Source: Candidatus Deferrimicrobium sp.
GTDB lineage: Bacteria > Desulfobacterota > Deferrimicrobia > Deferrimicrobiales > Deferrimicrobiaceae
Assembly (NCBI RefSeq): GCF_036396855.1
Contig: NZ_DASWKA010000067.1
Location: 357-64,356 of the forward strand
DNA: 64,000 nucleotides
Direction of reading: 5' to 3'
Shown here: positions 1-8,191 of the stretch, piece after piece
How positions within the stretch are numbered: position 1 is the first letter of the stretch
Layout: each line of letters opens with the position of its first letter
Program-made: the position numbers and the translations under genes
Notes under the pieces: model-generated
What the model saw: the letters and a program-made list of their open reading frames with translations, nothing else
What the model was told of the DNA's origin: nothing
Database searches by the model: none

Positions 1-117
1 GGGGAAGTCCAGTTGAGCGGTTTTGTCGATACGGCCGTGAGCGTCAAAAAGGCGGGAGAGGTCGCCCGTGGCGTCAAGGGCGTCGTATCGGTGAAAAACA
101 ACCTGATTGTGAAATAG
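1..117 (+). CDS. BON domain protein, C-terminal fragment (5' end outside window)
   Basis: Frame 1 is open from the window edge to TAG at 115-117. It translates GEVQLSGFVDTAVSVKKAGEVARGVKGVVSVKNNLIVK, typical of the end of a BON/OsmY-type domain, and is followed by a terminator hairpin. Confidence 0.55.
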   Translation, partial: GEVQLSGFVDTAVSVKKAGEVARGVKGVVSVKNNLIVK

Positions 118-148
118 CGGCGGTTCCCGTTGAAAATTCGATCGAAGG

Positions 149-189
149 CCATCCCCCGGACGGTCGGGCAGTCCGGGGGATGGTTTTTT
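149..189 (+). terminator. Rho-independent terminator
   Basis: 13-bp GC-rich stem ccatcccccggac / gtccgggggatgg with a 9-nt loop, followed by a T6 run. Confidence 0.75.
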
Positions 190-382
190 CCATAACAGCC
201 GGCCATGAATGCCAAAAGCAATCAGGACACCCTTGGGGCCGCTCAGAGCGAGGAAGCCATGGAGGGATCCCTCGGCGAAGCGTACCTGGATCGGGGCCGC
301 CGCGAGGGGGCGATGTCACAACAGCGCGGTGATGAAAACCGGAAGGCCTGCCGTCGCTCTCCCCGGAACCGACATCACGAAT

Positions 383-1201
383 CTAATACCTCTTCTGTAC
401 CGTGATCGCGATCCCTTTCGGGACGGGCGCGAGTTGGACGCGCATCCGTCTTTCCTGCCGGTCGTCTCCCTTCTCGACGACGGCGCAGCTCAAATATGCG
501 AGATACCACCCCAATGCCGAATGTGAAAAATAGTGCTTGTCGTCGTTGATCCGGGAGATTCCCGTCAGCGTCGATAGCCCGTAGAAGATCGCCTTCTGGT
601 AGGGGTTTTCGCTCATTTTCGCGGCGGTGATGAATGGAACGGCGGTGAAGTACGAGTGACCGCTGACCCCATGGAAATTATTAAACGCCCCCCAATTGGA
701 ATCTCCCTCGGTCGGCCGATCTCCCCCGGTTGACGCTGCCAGGAGCAAGAGAGCCGGTCCACCTACGACGGTCGCGCGGAACGATTTTTGTGCCCATTCC
801 ACCATCGTCGGGCTATCGAACCACAACCCGGCCCCGTAGGCACCGAGGTAGGCCGGTGCGAGAGCGAGTGTGATACCGGTGGCGGAAATATTGAAGGGTT
901 TCGTTGCTTCGTCCGTGGCATTGCTTCGCAGGTCGTCCTGATACTTATTACGGATATACCGATCCATCCCCGTGTTGGCGAACACGGCGGCCCCGGCAAC
1001 CCCGATTCCGAGTTTTATCAGGTTGGACCGTTCCCAGTAAAAATTACCGAAGTCCGTTTTTACGGCTTTGATGCTCAGCGGAAGCACGGTGTTATCTTCC
1101 GCGATACAACGATGACCGAGGGGAAGAAGCACCACGGCCAGTCCAAGGACGATTCGAAAGAAGATCGTCAACGTCATTCCTCCCTCCGCGTTCCGCGGCA
1201 T
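383..1201 (-). CDS. PAP2 superfamily phosphatase-like membrane protein
   Basis: 272-aa ORF with an N-terminal hydrophobic segment. PAP2-like motifs are present in order: GGDRP, VSGHS, SRINDDKH (SR-x5-H). It lies 6 nt downstream of the preceding minus-strand gene. Confidence 0.65.
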   Translation of the reverse strand: MPRNAEGGMTLTIFFRIVLGLAVVLLPLGHRCIAEDNTVLPLSIKAVKTDFGNFYWERSNLIKLGIGVAGAAVFANTGMDRYIRNKYQDDLRSNATDEATKPFNISATGITLALAPAYLGAYGAGLWFDSPTMVEWAQKSFRATVVGGPALLLLAASTGGDRPTEGDSNWGAFNNFHGVSGHSYFTAVPFITAAKMSENPYQKAIFYGLSTLTGISRINDDKHYFSHSALGWYLAYLSCAVVEKGDDRQERRMRVQLAPVPKGIAITVQKRY

Positions 1202-1207
1202 CCGGCG

Positions 1208-2821
1208 TCAGCGACTCCTGATTTCGCCAGGCCGCCATTCGACGGCGCCGAACCGGGAGTCGCCGAGGAAGTTGTAGGCGAGGCTCCAGGTTCCAACCGT
1301 CTGGTGAGTTCCCGGGATACCGGGAGAGGACGCATCCCGTTGCGACAAGATGTACTGGATCCCGATCCCGTGGCGTTTGTAAACGCTCACGGTGAGCGAC
1401 GCGTTCCCGCGGAAGATACGCTCCGATCCATCCACCTGTGTGGAACCGAATCCACTGATGTAGTACTCGCGTGCCGTCATGTCGAACATGGCCTTGTCGC
1501 CGAAGATCAGGCGGGCGGCGAGAAGCCCATGCCCGGTCGCGCCGTAGTGGTAGTCGCGCAGCTCGGTTGGGTGGACGGTGCCCGCCGCGCCGTATCCGAT
1601 TCCGCCGAACGCCGAGCCTTGGAGCGCAATCGCGCGCGTAAGCCACCACTGGCCGGTGGTGCCGAGGGAAAGGGTCGTGCTGGAGACGCGGAAGATCTGC
1701 GGCGAGATGTAGTCGAAGCTCCCGTACAGGCCCCACACCCCGCGATAGTCGTCGCCCGCCTCGTATTTCTTTCCGTAGAGGAGGCCGCGGGTCATGATGT
1801 TTTCGAATACGTTCCTGCTGGAGACGGCGGTGAATTGGATGTCGAAGTAGTCGAAGGGCCGATCATAGGTGTAACCATCTTTCCCGGGGAGCCCGTAGGC
1901 GAGGTAGTAGTCAAGGGCCCCCTCGTTCCGGGTGACGTTATTGTCAGCGCCGGGCCCGGTCGCGTGTCCGGTAAAGTTCGCGCCGAGCCGCACGCGCGTG
2001 AAGGTGGCCGGGCTGTGGCTCGGGAACACCCCTTTGAACCGGTCGCCGAAAACGTGGCGATTGAAGCCGGCTGGGGGCGAGAGCACCGCCGCGCCCAGTT
2101 CGCGCCAGAATCCGGGGTTCTCTTTGCCGTCTTCGAGCACCAGGCTCGACAGCCGGAAGAGCGGCTCCCCCAGGAGACTCCCGCCGATGCCGCTCGCTAC
2201 CTGGTCGTTGATCGAGGGTTTCGTGGTCTCCCCGGCCACCTCCCAGAGAAAGCTGCCCAGGAAGGTATAGGCGGCCGATTCCCAGAAGCCGAGGCCGGCC
2301 GATCGCGCGAATCCCTGATAGACGGCTCCCTGGTACGGATGCTGTATCTGGTTCACCTGGAAGGAATCGCCGTCGAATCCCCAGGGGCCTTTGGTGAGGT
2401 GCCTCCAGGCGGTGGACGGAGTCACGCTGAAGACTTTATGCCCTTCCGAATAGTTCGGGTCCACGTCGTCGGGATAAACGATTCGGCCGTACACATTGAG
2501 GAGCGCCTCGAAGCCCACGATCTCCAACGCCGGGATAAAACGGCTCTTGCCGTTCCCCTCTCCCCACGACAGAATCGGCCTCCGCACGTTGGGGGGAGGG
2601 GGAGGCGTCGTGATCAGGAGATTGTCGACGGCCACCACCGCCGCCTTCGCAGGCGTGCCGGCGGCGGGGGGCTCCGCGGCGAAGCCCGCGCCCGGCAACA
2701 GGAGGACAAGTGCGATGGTTCCGGCAAGGAGCGCCCGTCGGAATCCGTCGTCGGACCTGGAACCGTTCCCGTTCCGCGAATTGTCGTGCAGGCCTTCGAG
2801 GATCGCATTCGACGTCGACAT
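1208..2821 (-). CDS. secreted or outer-membrane protein, DUF3943-like
   Basis: 537-aa ORF with a signal-like segment (LLAGTIALVLLLPGAGFAAE). The conserved-looking block NQIQHPYQGAVY / GSFLWEVAGE resembles my recollection of DUF3943. The Gly/Tyr-rich C-terminal half looks beta-barrel-like. The family name is from memory only. Confidence 0.55.
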   Translation of the reverse strand: MSTSNAILEGLHDNSRNGNGSRSDDGFRRALLAGTIALVLLLPGAGFAAEPPAAGTPAKAAVVAVDNLLITTPPPPPNVRRPILSWGEGNGKSRFIPALEIVGFEALLNVYGRIVYPDDVDPNYSEGHKVFSVTPSTAWRHLTKGPWGFDGDSFQVNQIQHPYQGAVYQGFARSAGLGFWESAAYTFLGSFLWEVAGETTKPSINDQVASGIGGSLLGEPLFRLSSLVLEDGKENPGFWRELGAAVLSPPAGFNRHVFGDRFKGVFPSHSPATFTRVRLGANFTGHATGPGADNNVTRNEGALDYYLAYGLPGKDGYTYDRPFDYFDIQFTAVSSRNVFENIMTRGLLYGKKYEAGDDYRGVWGLYGSFDYISPQIFRVSSTTLSLGTTGQWWLTRAIALQGSAFGGIGYGAAGTVHPTELRDYHYGATGHGLLAARLIFGDKAMFDMTAREYYISGFGSTQVDGSERIFRGNASLTVSVYKRHGIGIQYILSQRDASSPGIPGTHQTVGTWSLAYNFLGDSRFGAVEWRPGEIRSR

Positions 2822-2907
2822 GTCGGGTCACCTTTTCCGCCGGATCCTGCGGATCCGCGATGTTCCAGCAGGTTATCACCAAAATACTCCCGCCCACGTC
2901 CCTGGGA

Positions 2908-3049
2908 CATCGGCCTATGTCCGAAATATGATTCGTGGTTTGTCCGATACTCACACCGGTGTTTGTCCGATGCCTTGACCATAGGACAAACACCGGACCG
3001 AGAATCAGACAAACTGCCACTCCCGTTTCGGACAGAAGCCGATACCGAA
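2908..3049. repeat. R-element, inverted pair (R1a 2908-2971 forward, R1b 2981-3049 reverse)
   Basis: The two arms face each other tail to tail with a 9-nt spacer. The reverse complement of R1b matches the copy at 6062-6130 at 62 of 69 positions by hand alignment. Shared blocks are atcggc, tgtccgaaa, gtttgtcYgat and ccggtgtttgtcc. Confidence 0.8.
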
Positions 3050-3127
3050 AGCCGGCGGGCAGGATTACCGTGTGCTTACAACGGGAAGAAGTGCGCCTGC
3101 AGGGCGAAATCCGGAAGGAGGAAAACC

Positions 3128-3307
3128 GTGAAATCCAGCACGAAGGACCGGGCGGAAGGCACGTTTCACGAACTGAAGGGGAAGGCCAAGGAGATCGCCG
3201 GGAAAGCAACCGATAATCCAAAGCTGGAAGCGGAAGGTACCGGAGAAAAGATCGCCGGCGAAGTTCAGGAAAAGATCGGCCAGGTCAAGAAGGTTTTGGG
3301 GAAGTAA
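3128..3307 (+). CDS. csbD: CsbD family stress protein
   Basis: GTG start preceded by ggaaggagg. The 59-aa product VKSSTKDRAEGTFHELKGKAKEIAGKATDNPKLEAEGTGEKIAGEVQEKIGQVKKVLGK shows the typical CsbD pattern. Confidence 0.85.
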   Translation: MKSSTKDRAEGTFHELKGKAKEIAGKATDNPKLEAEGTGEKIAGEVQEKIGQVKKVLGK

Positions 3308-3376
3308 CGAGGCGGGGTCTCCGGAGGAACGAAGCTTGGAAAACATACAGGAAAAACAGAAAAAGGAGGACCTGGA

Positions 3377-3901
3377 ATGAGATCAAAATATTCTATCTTT
3401 CTAATGATGGCAGCGGTGGCTCTGCTGGCGTTCGCCGTACCTGGGCCCGCTTTTTCACAGATGAAAGAGATGTCCATGAAGGGCAATGGGGCAGGGCATG
3501 GACAGATGATGGAAATGGAAAATATGGACAAGATGGGCGACATGATGGGCATGTGCCTGCAGCATGCCGATAAGATGGGGCTCACCGATGACCAGATCTT
3601 GAAAATGAAACCTTTGCATAGTGAAATGCAAAAGAAACAGGCCCGGTACAAAGCCGACCTGAAGATTGCGAAGATTGAATTTATGGATATACTGGAAGTG
3701 AAGGATTTTGACTTGGAGAAGGCCAATGCCGCAGTGAAAAAAATTTCCGGGATAAAAACAGCCCATCATCTCGAGATGTTAAATGCCATGAAAGACATGC
3801 GGACGATTATTACGGACGAACAATTCAAGAAAATGAAGAAGATGATGTCCATGAAGATGGGTGAGAAAAAGCCGGCAAAGAAGATGATGAAGAAACAATA
3901 A
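3377..3901 (+). CDS. periplasmic Spy/CpxP-family (LTXXQ) protein, Met-rich
   Basis: Signal peptide (ALLAFAVPGPAFSQ), LTDDQ and ITDEQ motifs, helical Lys/Met-rich composition, RBS aaaggagga upstream. The gene is visibly AT-richer than its surroundings. Confidence 0.75.
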   Translation: MRSKYSIFLMMAAVALLAFAVPGPAFSQMKEMSMKGNGAGHGQMMEMENMDKMGDMMGMCLQHADKMGLTDDQILKMKPLHSEMQKKQARYKADLKIAKIEFMDILEVKDFDLEKANAAVKKISGIKTAHHLEMLNAMKDMRTIITDEQFKKMKKMMSMKMGEKKPAKKMMKKQ

Positions 3902-3967
3902 TGATCGATAAAAGTGGGCGTAGCAATTGAACAGAATAATCCATATCTGAATCAGTGAGGTAATGAA

Positions 3968-4723
3968 ATGAAAAAGGTGCTCTTCAGGACAATGCTTTTG
4001 GCGTTCCTGTTTATGTTTCCTGCTCCGTCGATGGCAGGAGTGGATGTAGGCGTGAGCATTTCACTGCCTCCACTCGTCGTATTTTCCGCACCTCCAGCGA
4101 TGGTAGTGATCCCTGAAACGTACGTCTATGTCGTCCCGGACGCGGATGTGGAAATCTTTTTCTACGACGGTTGGTGGTGGCGTCCGTGGGAAGGACGCTG
4201 GTATCGGTCACGCCACTATGACTCGGGCTGGGGCTACTACCAACGGGTCCCATCCTTTTATTCAAGGATACCGAGAAGCTGGAGGGATGACTACAGGGAG
4301 CGTCGCTGGGGAGGACGCCCATGGAACTACCAGCCGATCCCTCACCAGCAAGTTGAACGGAACTGGAGCAACTGGAAAAAGAGCAATCATTGGGAGAAGC
4401 AACAAAGCTGGGGTGTCCAAGGCTTGAAACCCCGATCACAACAGCCGTCGAAAGCGGTCCGATCAAAATCCCAGGCAAAACCGCAATCCCGAGAGGTCCA
4501 GCCGCGGCAATCCCGGCCAATATCTCAAGAAGCGGACAGGCCGCAACAATCGCGGCCACGATCCGGAGAGGTTAAACAGGAACGCTCACAGCCGCAACAG
4601 CGGGAAGCGCCGAAACCATCGAAACCCAAGAAGGGAAAACCCGAAAAGGGCGGAGGAGAGGGCAGGGGAGGAGATAGCGACAGGGGCGGAGAAAGGGGCG
4701 GAGGCCACGAAGAACGGCGTTAG
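3968..4723 (+). CDS. secreted hypothetical protein, Trp/Arg-rich with a charged low-complexity tail
   Basis: Signal peptide MKKVLFRTMLLAFLFMFPAPSMAG, a W/R/Y-rich core (FFYDGWWWRPWEGRWYRSRHYDSGWGYY), and a Q/S/R/P/K/G-rich C-terminus. I recognise no family. Confidence 0.65.
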   Translation: MKKVLFRTMLLAFLFMFPAPSMAGVDVGVSISLPPLVVFSAPPAMVVIPETYVYVVPDADVEIFFYDGWWWRPWEGRWYRSRHYDSGWGYYQRVPSFYSRIPRSWRDDYRERRWGGRPWNYQPIPHQQVERNWSNWKKSNHWEKQQSWGVQGLKPRSQQPSKAVRSKSQAKPQSREVQPRQSRPISQEADRPQQSRPRSGEVKQERSQPQQREAPKPSKPKKGKPEKGGGEGRGGDSDRGGERGGGHEERR

Positions 4724-4731
4724 ATCGGCGG

Positions 4732-4775
4732 CCATCCCCCCGGACGATAGTGCGATCCGGGGGGATGGTTTTTTT
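4732..4775 (+). terminator. Rho-independent terminator (near copy of 149-189)
   Basis: Stem ccatccccccgga / tccggggggatgg followed by a T7 run. The stem sequence is almost the same as the terminator at 149-189. Confidence 0.8.
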
Positions 4776-4800
4776 CTGTAAAAGCCGTCCGGCAGCGGCT

Positions 4801-5979
4801 TTAGCGTAATGAAGGTCGGGGGTCGTATCCCCGGATCGGTACCGGCAACGGCAACTGCTCCTTGACGATCAGCGGTACCGGCAACAACGCGCGGGACCCC
4901 AGGGTGTTCATTTCCACGCGGACGGTGAAGGCCGGGATGAATTCCCGTCCCCCGCCCTCCTTACGACGCCAGTTGGTCTCGGGGACCAGCTCAAGGAAGA
5001 ACCACGGCCGGAAGATGCTCCTGCGATACCGGAGGGAGACCCTGTAATTGTTCGCGGCCATGTTGAAATTGTCGGTGACCGCGCTGGCTTGCGTTGCCCC
5101 GCTCGCGCCGACGGCGACGGCGATCGCGGTGACGGGGGAGAGGATCCGGGAGAGGGAAACCTCCGATCCCCACAGGAATCCCGTCCTGTTCCTGAAAAAG
5201 GTCGCCGAATTCGCCCACAGGAAGATGTGGTCGCGGGGAAACGGGTGCCCGAAATCCAGCTGGGGCGTTACTCCGAAGCCCAGATGATCCTGCCAGAAGG
5301 GAGTCACCGAAGGGCTGATGAAGGTGTTGTCCGCCAGGGTACGGCGCCACAGGAGACGGGACCGGACGAACGTCTCCGGAAGCCACACAAAGCGCGATCC
5401 CACGGCAAGGAAGGCGTATGCCGTTTTCGTATCGTGGGCGTAGTAGCGGAGTTCCGTGTTCACCGCACGCAAGGAATTCGCCTTCGTGGGCGTATTCACG
5501 GCCGGGGTCCCCGGCTCGATCGGAATCGGGACGACCGCATCCTCACTGTTTTCCTGGATGATCACCAGCTTGATCCTCTTTTCCAGCTTCGGCAGGGACA
5601 GGTACGCGCGGAGGGAAGATCGGTATCTCAGGCTTTCCCCCTTTTCCACCCGCAGATCGTTGGACCACTTCAGACGGTTCTTCGCCATAACGGCATCGCG
5701 TTCGTGCGGGACGCCGAAGAGACCGTCGAACCACGCGACCACCCCGTTGATCTTCTGATCGATATAGGCGTGCGATCTGTCGATGAATCCTTCATTTGCG
5801 GAGAGGGCGCCCTTCGCCGGCTGAACGTTCTCCGGAACGGGTGGCTGCCCGGGAGGGATCTCCTCACCGAAGGCGAAGACCCAATTGAGGCCGAGAAAGA
5901 GAACGATCAACCCCGGAAGGAAACGCAAGCCTGTCCTTCTCTTGCAGCGGGCCATGTCGATGAAATCGCGCCTGATCAT
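4801..5979 (-). CDS. hypothetical envelope protein (possible outer-membrane beta-barrel)
   Basis: 392-aa ORF with an N-terminal hydrophobic segment (LRFLPGLIVLFLGLNWVFAFG). The C-terminal part shows alternating aromatic/polar strand-like patterning. A small hairpin with a T run (agccg..cggctttt) follows on the minus strand. No family recognised. Confidence 0.6.
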   Translation of the reverse strand: MIRRDFIDMARCKRRTGLRFLPGLIVLFLGLNWVFAFGEEIPPGQPPVPENVQPAKGALSANEGFIDRSHAYIDQKINGVVAWFDGLFGVPHERDAVMAKNRLKWSNDLRVEKGESLRYRSSLRAYLSLPKLEKRIKLVIIQENSEDAVVPIPIEPGTPAVNTPTKANSLRAVNTELRYYAHDTKTAYAFLAVGSRFVWLPETFVRSRLLWRRTLADNTFISPSVTPFWQDHLGFGVTPQLDFGHPFPRDHIFLWANSATFFRNRTGFLWGSEVSLSRILSPVTAIAVAVGASGATQASAVTDNFNMAANNYRVSLRYRRSIFRPWFFLELVPETNWRRKEGGGREFIPAFTVRVEMNTLGSRALLPVPLIVKEQLPLPVPIRGYDPRPSLR

Positions 5980-6061
5980 ACTGCAGGTCCGTCTCCTCCC
6001 TATCGAGGAACGATATCTGCCATCGGTGGATACATATCAATTTTTCCATCGCACGGCGGTC

Positions 6062-6130
6062 TTCGGTATCGGCATATGTCCGAAACGCGAATCGCCGTTT
6101 GTCTGATTCTCGGACCGGTGTTTGTCCTAT
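6062..6130 (+). repeat. R-element, solo copy (R2)
   Basis: ttcggtatcggcatatgtccgaaacgcgaatcgccgtttgtctgattctcggaccggtgtttgtcctat. Matches the reverse complement of 2981-3049 at 62 of 69 positions and is similar to 2908-2971. Confidence 0.8.
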
Positions 6131-6142
6131 TTTCTTTCGTAC

Positions 6143-6171
6143 TTGACATTAACGTTAAGTAGAAGTATGAA
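6143..6171 (+). promoter_or_regulatory. sigma-70-like promoter of the acyl-CoA dehydrogenase gene with embedded operator-like sequence
   Basis: TTGACA, 17-nt spacer, TATGAA, about 50 nt upstream of the ATG. The spacer contains the palindrome TTAACGTTAA. The 29-nt block recurs in front of the MerR gene (9155-9183, minus strand). Confidence 0.5.
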
Positions 6172-6221
6172 GGATGGAGGGCCCCGGGAAGCCGGGGAAG
6201 CACGAGAACCGAGGTGAGCCG

Positions 6222-8000
6222 ATGGCGACCGGAGAGAAGATTCTGCACGGGGGCGGGTACCTGATCGAGGACGCAACCGCGGGGACCGTGTTCACCCCCG
6301 AGGATTTCAGCGACGAGCAGCTCCAGCTCGCCGACACCACCGACCAGTTTCTCCGCGAAAAGGTCCTCCCCCACGTGGAAAAGCTGGAGAACCACGACTT
6401 CGACCTGATGGTCAAGCTCCTGCGCCAGTTCGGGGAGCTGGGCCTCCTGATGATCGACGCCCCGGAGGAGTACGGGGGTCTCGATCTCCCGAAAACCACG
6501 AGCATGCTGGCGGCGGAGAAGGCGTCCGTCTACGGCGGCTTCTCCGTGGCGTACACGGCGCACTCGGGGATCGGCACCCTGCCCCTCGTCTACTACGGGA
6601 CGAAGGAGCAGAAGGAGAGATACCTCGGGAAGATCATCACCGGCGAGTGGTTGGCCGCGTACTGCCTGACGGAGCCCGACTCCGGGAGCGACGCCCTCGG
6701 CGCCAAGGCGACCGCCATCCTCACGCCGGACGGGAAGCACTACCTCCTGAACGGCGCCAAGCAGTTCATCACGAACGGGAGCTTCGCGGACCTCTACACG
6801 GTCTTCGCCAAGATCGACCGGCTTCATTTCACCGCGTTCCTGGTCGAGCGCACCTTCGAGGGGGTGAAGCCCGGCCCCGAGGAGAAGAAGCTCGGGATCC
6901 GCGGCTCCTCGACGACCTCGCTGATTCTCGAGGACGCGAAGGTCCCCGTGGAAAACGTGCTCGGCGAGATCGGCAAGGGGCACAAGATCGCCTTCAACGT
7001 GCTGAACGTCGGGCGCCTGAAGCTCGGCGCCTGCGTCACCGGCGCCGGAAAATTCGCCTTCGCGGACGGGGTGCGGTACGCGAACCTGCGCAAGCAGTTC
7101 GGCGTCACGATCGGGACGTTCGGCGCCATCCGGGAGAAGATCGCCGACACCGCGGCGGCGCTGTTCGCCTCCGAGGCCCTGGTGTACCGCGTGGCCGGGA
7201 TGATCGACGACCGCCTGGCCGCCGTCCCGAAGGGGATCCCCGACTACTACGAGGCGTACCAGCAGGGGATCGAGGATTACTCCATCGAGTGCGCCGTCGC
7301 GAAGGTCTTCTGCAGCGACGTCCTCGCGCTGGTGGTCGACGAGGTCGTACAGATCTTCGGCGGTTACGGCTACACGCAGGAGTACCCCGCGGAGCGCTTC
7401 TACCGCGACGAGCGGATCAACCGGATCTTCGAGGGGACGAACGAGATCAACCGGATGCTCATCCCCGGAACGCTTCTGCGCCGGGCGATGAAGGGGGAGA
7501 TCCACCTGCAGGATGAGGTGATGAAGGCGGTGGGACGCCTCTCCGCCGCCGCGGGGGATGCGCCGACCGGGCCGTTCGGCGCGGAGAAGGCGCTGCTGCG
7601 CAACCTGAAGGACGCCTTCCTCGTGCTGGCGGGCGCCGCCGTCCAGCGGTTCGGAGGGAAGGTGAAGGACGAGCAGGAAACGCTGATCGCCCTCGCGGAC
7701 GTGGCGATCGGGGTCTTCGCGATCGAAAGCGCGGTGCTGCGGGCCGAGAAGATCGCCGCCTCCGGGAACGCCTCCCGCGCGGAGCTCGCGGCGTCGGCCG
7801 TCAAGGCGTTCGCGTTCCCGGCGTCCGAGGCCGCCGTCAGCGCGGCGCGGCGCGCGGCGTTCTACGTCGGCGAGGGGAACACGCTGCAGATGCTCCTCGC
7901 CGGGATCCGGCGTGCGACCCGGTACGACGCCTCCGGCCTCCTCGAGGCGAAGCACAAGCTCGCCGCCGCCGCCCTCGAAACCGAGAGGTACCCTTTCTGA
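6222..8000 (+). CDS. acyl-CoA dehydrogenase (long, about 590 aa, FadE-like)
   Basis: ATG preceded by gaggtga. ACAD motifs are present: AYCLTEPDSGSDA, NGAKQFITNG, IFGGYGYTQEYPAERFYRDERINRIFEGTNEI. A long C-terminal extension is also present. Confidence 0.9.
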   Translation: MATGEKILHGGGYLIEDATAGTVFTPEDFSDEQLQLADTTDQFLREKVLPHVEKLENHDFDLMVKLLRQFGELGLLMIDAPEEYGGLDLPKTTSMLAAEKASVYGGFSVAYTAHSGIGTLPLVYYGTKEQKERYLGKIITGEWLAAYCLTEPDSGSDALGAKATAILTPDGKHYLLNGAKQFITNGSFADLYTVFAKIDRLHFTAFLVERTFEGVKPGPEEKKLGIRGSSTTSLILEDAKVPVENVLGEIGKGHKIAFNVLNVGRLKLGACVTGAGKFAFADGVRYANLRKQFGVTIGTFGAIREKIADTAAALFASEALVYRVAGMIDDRLAAVPKGIPDYYEAYQQGIEDYSIECAVAKVFCSDVLALVVDEVVQIFGGYGYTQEYPAERFYRDERINRIFEGTNEINRMLIPGTLLRRAMKGEIHLQDEVMKAVGRLSAAAGDAPTGPFGAEKALLRNLKDAFLVLAGAAVQRFGGKVKDEQETLIALADVAIGVFAIESAVLRAEKIAASGNASRAELAASAVKAFAFPASEAAVSAARRAAFYVGEGNTLQMLLAGIRRATRYDASGLLEAKHKLAAAALETERYPF

Positions 8001-8009
8001 GGGTACCTC

Positions 8010-8176
8010 CGACACCAGCCACGGAGGGGTGTTTACAGTTGAGGGTACGGCAGGAGAGAGGTACTGTGAGGTGCAAGCGCTTTCGGGGGACATTCCTGGC
8101 CAGGGGGGACATTCCTGGTTCAACCCCGGGTGGAGGGAAGGAGTGTCCTCCCACTGCGGGAAATCGTGTCCCTCGC
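8010..8176 (+). repeat. G-family REP-like element, long copy
   Basis: cgacaccagccac...gaggtgcaagcgctttcgggggacattcctgg(x2)...gggaaggagtgtcctcccactgcggg. The left 90 nt are roughly 80 percent identical by eye to 63871-63960. It is built from inverted GGGACAYWCCTG-like units. Confidence 0.75.
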
Positions 8177-8191
8177 CCAGGAGGTAAGGAA

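Noticed and set aside
788-3307. 839-aa plus-strand ORF. Similar very long ORFs occur in the track, for example 6000-8123(-), 18515-21184(+), 21648-23612(-), 23877-28913(+), 49074-51386(-) and 52652-54514(-).
   Set aside because: They run antisense to, or out of frame with, genes that have clear family signatures. Their products are Arg/Gly/Pro/Ala-rich low-complexity strings, typical of stop-codon depletion in high-GC DNA. Only the last 180 nt of 788-3307 (csbD) is real.
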